Source: an uncultured Planctomycetaceae bacterium
Lineage (GTDB): Bacteria; Planctomycetota; Planctomycetia; Pirellulales; PALSA-1355
Assembly (NCBI GenBank): GCA_963785305.1
Contig: CAWAUV010000007.1
Coordinates: 2,112,001-2,176,000 of the forward strand
DNA: 64,000 nt
Direction of reading: 5' to 3'
The translations under genes and the position numbers were made by a program. This document shows positions 55,893 through 64,000 of the stretch, in pieces (positions within the stretch are counted from its first letter, which is position 1; every line of letters begins with the position of its first letter). Below the pieces are notes generated by a model. The model was not told the origin of the DNA and searched no databases. It was given only the letters and a program-made list of their open reading frames with translations.

Positions 55893-58800
55893 CTAAATCG
55901 CAGCTTTTCGCCGACGGCGGCGGATCTGCCGCGCGGCGAGAGCGCCAACAGCCAGAGCCGCGAGCGTCAGCGTGCTTGGCTCGGGCACGATGGTCAGCAC
56001 CACGTCGGCGCCCGATATTCCGTTGTTATAGGTCACCACATAGGGCATGCCATTGATCGTGCCGGTGCTGCTGGCGAATGCGCCGCTGAGTTTCGTGGGA
56101 TCGATCAGCAAAAAGCTTTCGCCGACGGTGAGCGTGCCCGTGGCCGACACGACCAGCGTGGCGCCATTGAGGCTGACGCCGCCGTTGGGCACGTTGAGAT
56201 AGAGCGACGTGGATGGGAGCGTGGCGCCGGTATAGCCGGTGGCGCCGGTCAGGTTGACGTCGAAAAACGAACCGGTCGCCAGGGTGACGATGCTATTGTT
56301 CGTTGTCGTGCTCGGCACATTGGATGGGTTGACGGTCAAACCTTGCTCAAGCGTCGTGGCCGCGTTATTCGGGTTGTAGCCGGGAACGAAGATGCCTCCG
56401 GCGCTCACGCCGAGCGTGTTCGTGGTGGCGGCGAAGTCGATTGTTCCCGTGCCGCCCAAAGTGGCGCCGCTGGCGACGGAGTAGTTGCCGGCGCCTTGCC
56501 CGTTGCGCCATGCGTGCCGTTCATCAGCAACGAGCCGTTGCTTAAGGTCGTGAGACCGGTGTAGGTGTTGGCGCCGCCGAGCACGAGTTGACCGGAGCCT
56601 GAATAGGTTAGGTTGCTCGAGGCCGTGGCGGTTCCGTTGAAGTCGGCGATGGCGCCGCTAACGGTCGCCCCGCCGGAGCCGTTGAGCGTGAGCGTTTCGG
56701 TCGTGGTGGCGGAGTTCGACAAATAGACGGGGCCGGCCAAGGTGAGCGTGGCGCCGCTGGTTCCGCTCACCGTGAGCGTCTGGCCCGCCGTGCCATTGCC
56801 GTTGGTCAGGCTGCCACTGATGATCAGGCTATTCGGGCCGCCGAAGACATTGGCGTAGTTGCCAGCCCAGGCGAAATTGTTGGCGAGCGTCAAGCCGGGC
56901 GTGGTCGCCTCGAGCGTGCTCGTGCCATCGAACAAAACGCTTCCGGAGCCGAAGGCCGAGCTATTGTTGAATTCATTGATCGTGCCACCCCCGCCGCCAA
57001 GCCGCGTGGCGCCGGAGTAGGTATTCGCGCCATTCAGCTCGATCACCGCGCCGCTGCTACCGTTGTTGTATAGATTCAGGCCGCCAGAGCCAGACACCGC
57101 GGCGTTGATCGTGATGTTTGCCGAAGTCCCGCTAGTTTGAAGCGTCAACGTATTCGTCCCGAGGCTCATGCCGCCGGTGACCGTCAAGGGCGCGGTGCTG
57201 TTGTTCGTCCAGGTAGGGCCCGCGAGGATTTGAGTAACGCCGCTTAGTGTCACGGGGCCGGCGCCGGAGTTGATATTCAGAGCCGAGGCCGAGCTACTGA
57301 AATTCGTAATCGATGTGGCGCCGCTATCGCTCACGGTCAGAATGCCCGAACCGCTGAGATTATCGACCGCCGTGGGGCCCGAGCCCGCGATGGTGAGCGC
57401 GAAAGCGCCGCCGTTCACCGCGGAGCCGGCGCCGCCGACGGTCAATAGGTTACTGCCGTGGTTGGTCCAGGTTTGGGCCGCGCCCAGGGTCACGTTCGAG
57501 CCGATCGTGCTGGCCGGCACGCCCGTGTTCATGGTAATGCCGGTCGACGACGACGTGGGCGTGATGGTGAGTGTGTTGCCATCGGCATTCAGGCCCAAGC
57601 CATTGACCGTATCGGCGATCGTCAGGTTATTGATCGTCATGTTCGCGCCCAACACGGTGCTGGTGGGCGGGGTCGTGACCGTGGAGCTCGAGATCGTCAC
57701 CGAGGCCCCCGCGCCGGGCGTCAAGGGCTGGCTCGCGCCGCCGGAAGTGGCCACCCAGTTGCTTTGAGTCGAGCCGTTGGAAGCGGCCCAGACGTTCGTC
57801 TCTCCGGTCAAGCCGCCGGTCCAGTAGGCGGTGGTCAGGGCCGTCGCCGCCGTCTCCGTGACCTGCACGCTCGTGCCGCTGTTGGTGTTGACGGTGTAGG
57901 TGAAGTTCGTGGGGTTCACGATCATGTAGTTCGAAGCCGAGCCCAAGCCGCCGTTGGCGTCGGTCAGCATCGTGTAAGTAGTGCCCATGGTGGGGCTGGC
58001 GAGGCTAAGGCTCACAATGCCCGACACACTCGCGGCGGCGTTCACATTGATCACGGAACTGGTCGACGCGTTCAGGGACACGCCGATCGTGCTGCCGTTG
58101 GAAGCGGTGAGGGCCGCCAACGTCGTCGTGGCGCCAATGGTGGCGGGCTGATAATTGAACGCGCCGCCCGAGGCGATCGTCAGGCCGCTGCTGGTCGCAA
58201 TCGACCCCGCGCCGCCGATGGTCAGCGTGCCCGCGCTCACGGTTGTCGGGCCGGTGTAGGTGTTGATGCCCGAGAGGGTGAGGGCCGCGGTGCTCAAGCT
58301 TCCCAGCGTGAAGCCGCCGGTTCCGGCGATCACGCCTTGATAGGTTCCGGCCGTGGTTTGATTCACGGTCAGGAGTTGGCCGCTGTTGTTGATCGTGGCG
58401 GTGTTCGCGCCGCTGCTGGGCGTGGCGATCGTTCCGCTCAGCGAGCCGACCGTGGTGGGAGCGCTGCCGTAGAGATTGAGCGTCGAGGACACGCCCGCGC
58501 CGGTGTTGCTATTGTTGACGGTGAGCGAGCCGGTGGACGCGCCAAGCGCCGAGGCGCTATTGGCATTGAGAACACTGTTGCCGACCACCGTGCCGCCGAC
58601 GTTGTTGGTGATGGTGTCGATCGTCGTGCCGCCGGTGTAGGTGTTGGCGCCGCTCAGCGTGGCCGTCGCGGCGAGGACTTGCACGGCCATCGTGCCCGCG
58701 CCGTTTTGAATCGTGCCGCTGAACGTCGAGGCGGCGTTTGTCAGTTCGATGACGCCGGGCGTGGTCGAGGTATTGGTAATGGTTCCACTGCCGGTGAGGC

Positions 58801-59871
58801 CCGGAACCGCCTCGGTCTGGCCGTTCAAGTCGGTCGTGCCATTCATGCTGGCGAGCCCGCCGCCGAAGTAGATCTGGTCCGTGCCCGAGCCGGCGAACTG
58901 CACCGTGGCGCCGGCGCTGACGTTCGTGATTTTGTCCACGGAATGCGTGCCGGTGCTTGAAGACTTGGCAAGCACGAATGTTCCACTCTCGACGTTGAAC
59001 ATGCCGAAGCCGTTGTCGCTGGTTCCAGTGGTTGTCAGCGTGCCCGGGCCGGTGAGGTTAATGGAGCCGCCGTTGGTGCCGATTGTGTTGTTGATCGTGT
59101 AATTCGTGCTCGCGGCGATGTGAATCGTGCCGACGCCTGACGTATCTTGGAATGAATTGGCCACCGTGCCCGAGGCGCCGGTGTAGTTGAATACGCCGCC
59201 CTGAAGGTTCACCGTGCCCGAACCGATGGAAGCGAGCGAACTGACAGTCAAGGTGGCGTTGGTCGAGAGGTTGATGCCTCCCGAGAACGTGTTGGCGCCG
59301 GCGAGCGTGGCGGATGTCGCATAGGCGGCTCCCAGCGTGAACGAACCCGAGCCGGAGATCGGCGAATTGAAAATCAGGTTGCCGGCGCCGGTCACGTTTA
59401 AACCGCCGCCATCGACGATCGCGAGGCTCGACGCGAACGTGGTGGACGCATAGGGGTTGCTGTCGGTGATGGTCGAGGCGGTCGAGAAGGTGAGCGTGGG
59501 GCTCGACGAGCCGGCGATCGTATAGGCCCCGCCGCCATTCGGCGCATAGAAGGTGATGTTGCCGGCCGAGGTCGAGCCGTTGAGCGTGATCGTGCCCGCG
59601 GCGCCGATCGATGTCGCCGCGTTGTTGCCGATGATCAGATTGCTGCCCGACGAATAGGCGACGTCACTGGCGCCGTTGTACCAGTTCGTCGCGCTTCCGG
59701 GCGTGATATCCCAGGTTCCGCTGCCATCGGAACCGTTGGCGCCCGCGGCGGCCGGGTCCCAGGTAAGCGTTTGGGCGCGGCCAGCGCGCCGCCGAGCGCG
59801 AGCATCACGAGAAGCGTTATCGCCGGCTGGCGGAACGATGTTGAATATCGTGGATGTAAGAATCGATTCAT
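55893..59871 (-). CDS. Paralogous (about 1325 aa) beta-strand-repeat surface protein with PEP-CTERM (frameshifts near 59780 and 56460-56490)
   Basis: Same repeat type; N-terminus nearly identical to the neighbour; ends VPEPSTLTLAALAVGALAARQIRRRRRKAAI. Confidence 0.88.
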
Positions 59872-59927
59872 TGGCCTAAAGATAATCAAAAGAGCCTGGG
59901 TCTTCGCGCACTGGAAATCGCGATGGA
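59417..59927. repeat. Direct repeat copy 2 (5' part and upstream region of adhesin gene 2)
   Basis: Near-identical to 55350-55877. Confidence 0.9.
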
Positions 59928-60311
59928 TCGTTTACGTAATGGCCTAAAAATGACTTGTTGATTTGTTCGCCGCCCTGCACGCGTCGCCTCCAGTGCGGAG
60001 CTGGCCGATTATGCCGACTCTATTGATCCTAATTACGATAAGATGTAACGGCAATGAGGTTTTGCGCAGCGCCGCTTAAGCTAATTAACCAACATAAAAC
60101 CAGAAATTCGTCTTGGTTTTCCGTGTTTATGCGTCTGGCCGAGCTCGGGGGAAATGGGGTTCGCGATGTGCCGCGTTGCATATTGCGCAGCCCCCTCTTT
60201 CGGCTGAGTCTCCTCCCCACGTAACGAGCCGCGGAATCGAGCCGTGAAACGCGGCGTGTCGGCGTCCCTGGGTCCCCGTCGCCAAACGCGCCGACCGGCG
60301 GCGTTACCTGT

Positions 60312-61466
60312 TCACAAATGCTTCGCCCGGCGGAATTCGCTCGGCGATTGGCCGGTGCGGAGCTTGAAGGCGGCGCTGAGATATTCCACATGGCGAAAGC
60401 CGGCCCGGTCGGCGATGGCCGTGAGGGGGAGATTCGTTTCTAGAAGAAGCTGCGTGACCCGCTCCATTTGGATGCGGCTGATCTCTTCGTGGGGAGTGTG
60501 TCCGACCTGTTTCTTGAATCGGGTCTCGAAGGCTCGTCGCGAGATCGCGAGCTTGCTCACGATGTGCTCGACATTGATCCCGTCGCAGGCGTGATCGCGA
60601 ATCAGCCGCATCGCCAGCGAGATTTGATCGTCGTCGATAATGAGCGCGTCGGTCGAACGCCGGGCCACGATGCCCAGCGGGGCGAGCAGCCGCTCGTCGG
60701 GCGGCGTCGGCTCGCCACGCATCATCGCGTCGAGCAGCGAAGCCGCCAGATAGCCCGCCCCCACCGAATCGGGAATCACGCTCGACAGACCCGGCTCCGA
60801 AAGATCGCAAAGCAGCTCGTCGTTGTCGACGCCGATCACGCCCACTTCCTCGGGCACGCGAATCTCGACGCGCCGGCAGACCTCGAGCACTTGCCAGCCG
60901 CGCGTATCGTAGCAGGCCATCACTCCCGCGGGTTTGGGCAGCGCGAGCAGCCACTGGGCGAGATCCGTCCGCCATTTTTCTTTCGAGCTCCGCGAACCCG
61001 CATCCTTTGTCTGATAAATCGAACACGACGCGTCGGCCTCGCGGGCCAATTCGACGAACTTCTTACATCGCTCTTGCGACCAAAAGAATCCGTCGTCGCC
61101 GCAGTAGCCGAAGTTGCGAAAACCGCGATTGCGCAAATGCTCGAAGGCCGAGGCGGCGATCGCCCGGTTGTCGGTCTCGAAGCGAGGCAGATGCCGGGCC
61201 ATGCGCGCGGCGCTGAGATTCACGGTCGGCCAGCCGGCGGCGAGCACGGCCTGGGCAATTTGCCGATTCTCGATCCGAGCCAAGATTCCGTCGCCCTGCC
61301 AATTGGCGATCCATTCCGGGTTGGGCATGCCGCGCCCCTGCTCGGGTAGATAGATCGACCAACTCTGGTGCTCGCGCACGAACTGGCGAATGCCGCGCAG
61401 CAGCCCGCGAGCATAGGAGTTCGAGACCTCAATCAGCAGCGCGACATGCGGGCGCTTTTTGATCAT
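60312..61466 (-). CDS. xylR: XylR-type transcriptional regulator (periplasmic-binding-like domain + AraC HTH)
   Basis: VALLIEVSNSYARGLLRGI, WQGDGILARIE, VPEEVGVIGVDND, RRSTD, ISRRAFETRF, IADRAGF....LSAAFK...GQSPSEFR. Confidence 0.88.
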   Translation of the reverse strand: MIKKRPHVALLIEVSNSYARGLLRGIRQFVREHQSWSIYLPEQGRGMPNPEWIANWQGDGILARIENRQIAQAVLAAGWPTVNLSAARMARHLPRFETDNRAIAASAFEHLRNRGFRNFGYCGDDGFFWSQERCKKFVELAREADASCSIYQTKDAGSRSSKEKWRTDLAQWLLALPKPAGVMACYDTRGWQVLEVCRRVEIRVPEEVGVIGVDNDELLCDLSEPGLSSVIPDSVGAGYLAASLLDAMMRGEPTPPDERLLAPLGIVARRSTDALIIDDDQISLAMRLIRDHACDGINVEHIVSKLAISRRAFETRFKKQVGHTPHEEISRIQMERVTQLLLETNLPLTAIADRAGFRHVEYLSAAFKLRTGQSPSEFRRAKHL

Positions 61467-61676
61467 GCATCGGAGTCTCGCGGGTCCGTTGTCCACCTTG
61501 GGCTTTGATGCGTCGATCATCCCACGGCAAGCATCAATCTACCACAAAGCCGTGAAGTCACGAAGAAGGCCAACGACAACTCGGGCCGGAAAAGCGACGC
61601 GAGTGTTTCGCGCTGATCGCGGTTTATATTCGCGCGAGCATGGGCATGTCGCCCGCCGACGCCGTGGCCCAAGTGT

Positions 61677-63542
61677 TTAGGCCGCGATGCGGATCGGCCC
61701 GGCGGGGCAGCGAAGGTTGAAAAGGCCGAAGATTTCGCGCTGCGTGAGGCCCGGGCGCTCGTGCGGCTCGACATCGCTGAAGATCGTGTCGAAGATTTCG
61801 CGCTTTTCGCTGAGCACCTGGTCGATCCGCTGTTCGATCGTGTCGACGGCCAAGAACCGCGTGACCGTCACCGGGCCCGCCGCGCCGATGCGATGCGCGC
61901 GATTGATGGCCTGATCCTCGATCGCCGGATTCCACCAGCGGTCGAACAGAAACACATATTCGGAGAACTGCAAATTCAGGCCCACGCTGCCGGCCCCGTA
62001 ACTAATGAGCATCACATTGCTGCGCGGGTCCTCGCGAAACTGCTGAATCACGCCGTCGCGCTTGGCCGATGGAATCTTGCCATGAAATTCGAGCGGACGA
62101 AAAGCCGCCAGTCGCTCGGAAAGCGTCGTGATCGAATGGACCCATTGGCTGAAGACGATCGCCTTGCGTCCGCTGGCGGTCACTTCCTCGAGATCGGCCA
62201 CCAGCCGCTCGCACTTGGAACTGGCGCCGGTCGAGGGATCGAAATTGCAAATCTGCTTGAGCCGCAGCACCAACTCGAACACATGCTGAATCGTGAGGTC
62301 ATCACCCATTTCACCAAGCCGCACGACGCCTTCGTTTTCGGCCAGCGCGTAGCTCTCGCGCTGCTCCGGGCTCAGTTCCAGATCGGCGTCGCGAAATAGC
62401 TTGGGCGGCAGTTCGGTGAGCACCTTGTCCTTGGTGCGCCGCAGCACATAGGGACTCGCCGCGCGGCCGAGGGCCCGGGGCTTCATGTCGCTGGTCAATT
62501 GTCCGGGGGCGACGAATTCGAAGATGCCGACCAGGTCGTCGCCGCTATTTTCGATCGGGGTGCCGGTGAGGGCCCAACTGCGGCGCCGCGTGATCTCGCG
62601 CACCACTTGGCTCGTGGCGCCGGAGCGGTTCTTGATGCGTTGCGCTTCGTCGAGCACCACCAGATCAAACGCCAAGTTCTCGTCGGCCAGAATCTGCTTG
62701 TCGCGCTGCAGAATTTCGTAGTTGGCCACTTTCACCGGCGCGTCGCCCAGCAGCCATTGCCAGCGACGCCGGGCCGAATCGCCTTCGATCGCCACCAGCG
62801 GCAGTTCCGGCGCCCAACGGTGAAACTCGCGCTGCCAGTTCGTCACGAGCGGTTTCGGGCACACCAAGAGCGCCGAGCGAATCTCGCCGGCGTGCAAGAG
62901 CAAGCGAATCGCGGTGATCGCTTGCATCGTCTTGCCCAGCCCCATTTCGTCGGCCAGCACCGCCGCCACGCGCGGATACAAAAACGCGATCCCCTCGAGC
63001 TGATAGTCGAACGGATGAAAGGGAAACGCCAGCGAACTCGCTTGCAGCGACACCTCGAGCGCCGGCTGAAGCAGGTAATACAATCGGTCCTCGAGTTTGA
63101 TGCAATCATCGGGCGGGCGAATCCGCGTGGTCGATGCGGGCGCGTCGCGCGTCGGCGCTTCGAGCGAGGGCGCGTCGCTCCGTGCCGCCGGCGAGTCGCT
63201 TTTCACGGTCGCTTCGTTCCCGGGCCCAGTCGCGGCGGTTGGCGACTCGACACAGGCGGTCGCCGGCGCCGCCTTCGACTCCGCCTTGGCCCGCCAGCCA
63301 TCGAGATCGGGAAAGCGAAAGCTCGTGGTTCGTAGCTTGGGCGGCGCGATCGAAAACGATACCGCGCCCGGCCGCGACATTTGCGGGGCCACGCTCGCCA
63401 GCTTCACCCGCGGCCCGCGGGCCAGCGATGCTTGCCAGCCGGTGGCAAATAGCTCGACTCCCGTCGCGAGCGAAGCCGACCACACGGCCAGGGGAGCTGA
63501 ACACGTGGTCGGTGATTCCCGGTCCGATGGTTCGTCGATCAC
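61677..63542 (-). CDS. SNF2-family DEAD/DEAH-box helicase
   Basis: LADEMGLGKT, VLDEAQRIKN, ALTGTPIEN, LRRTK, RLKQICN, GSVGLNL, DRWWNPAIEDQAINRAHRIG. Confidence 0.93.
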   Translation of the reverse strand: MIDEPSDRESPTTCSAPLAVWSASLATGVELFATGWQASLARGPRVKLASVAPQMSRPGAVSFSIAPPKLRTTSFRFPDLDGWRAKAESKAAPATACVESPTAATGPGNEATVKSDSPAARSDAPSLEAPTRDAPASTTRIRPPDDCIKLEDRLYYLLQPALEVSLQASSLAFPFHPFDYQLEGIAFLYPRVAAVLADEMGLGKTMQAITAIRLLLHAGEIRSALLVCPKPLVTNWQREFHRWAPELPLVAIEGDSARRRWQWLLGDAPVKVANYEILQRDKQILADENLAFDLVVLDEAQRIKNRSGATSQVVREITRRRSWALTGTPIENSGDDLVGIFEFVAPGQLTSDMKPRALGRAASPYVLRRTKDKVLTELPPKLFRDADLELSPEQRESYALAENEGVVRLGEMGDDLTIQHVFELVLRLKQICNFDPSTGASSKCERLVADLEEVTASGRKAIVFSQWVHSITTLSERLAAFRPLEFHGKIPSAKRDGVIQQFREDPRSNVMLISYGAGSVGLNLQFSEYVFLFDRWWNPAIEDQAINRAHRIGAAGPVTVTRFLAVDTIEQRIDQVLSEKREIFDTIFSDVEPHERPGLTQREIFGLFNLRCPAGPIRIAA

Positions 63543-64000
63543 GCTCGCCCCACTTTATGCGCCTCGTCGATCGCGTCGTGAATGCGCCCGAACGGCTCCG
63601 AAAGATCGAAATCGCGGACGGACGCAAGGCGCTCCAGGATCGTCTGCTCGTCGCCGGCCTCGCTGGCCAGCACCGCCAGATGATTGCGACCCAGGTGAAA
63701 GGTATTGAGGTTTTCGCCAAGCACATGGGCCCGATCGGCTCGCCACATGCGTCGCGAGTTCAAAGGCTCGCCCAGTGTTTCGGCCGGCGGTTCGTCGCGC
63801 GCCTCCTTGCCGACAGGGGCCTCGCTCGCCACGGGCTGGCCAGGGGCCTCGCTTCCGGCGGCTTTGAACTCGGGGCCCGCCTGCGCTTGGCCGACCGCCG
63901 CCACCTGAGTCAGCACAAGCGCCACCGGCGATTGGGCAAACGCCCGCGCCCCGAGCGCCAGGGCCACATCGGTGCAGACCATCGCGGGCCAAGCGGCGCC
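63539..64000 (-). CDS. Hypothetical protein, 3' part (likely starts beyond the window edge)
   Basis: Open frame overlapping the SNF2 start (GTGA); no recognisable motif. Confidence 0.5.
   Translation of the reverse strand, partial: GAAWPAMVCTDVALALGARAFAQSPVALVLTQVAAVGQAQAGPEFKAAGSEAPGQPVASEAPVGKEARDEPPAETLGEPLNSRRMWRADRAHVLGENLNTFHLGRNHLAVLASEAGDEQTILERLASVRDFDLSEPFGRIHDAIDEAHKVGRA

Noticed and set aside
49664..59871. Type V autotransporters
   Set aside because: No C-terminal beta-barrel; both end in PEP-CTERM sorting signals
61677..64000. SNF2 helicase as part of a defence system (e.g. DISARM, Zorya)
   Set aside because: No methylase, nuclease or other defence partner recognisable within the window; upstream context is cut off

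Overview
High-GC bacterial chromosomal segment whose gene content points to a Planctomycetota (Pirellulales-like) genome: DUF1549/DUF1553 plus DUF1501, PQQ-propeller, FGE-like and PEP-CTERM proteins. About half of the longer genes carry single-base frameshifts that look like long-read assembly errors, so their coordinates are reconstructed across frames. Most genes are housekeeping or metabolic (csrA, M24 peptidase, copA, FKBP, two apbE, thiC, XylR-type regulator, SNF2 helicase). The most notable locus is an intact, minimal type-VII-secretion-like operon at 12635-18508. It has three WXG100-like helical-hairpin genes and a membrane-anchored EccC/EssC-like FtsK ATPase with one intact and two degenerate ATPase domains. 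A stand-alone Cas2-like VapD nuclease lies divergently upstream and a site-2 protease lies downstream. Other points of interest: a 24-aa lysine-rich micro-ORF behind a structured leader; MITE-like elements around a HigBA-type toxin-antitoxin module; an apbE/FGE-like/Tat-oxidoreductase cluster with a flavinylation-like motif; and two tandem paralogous PEP-CTERM adhesins. No rRNA, tRNA or CRISPR array was seen.
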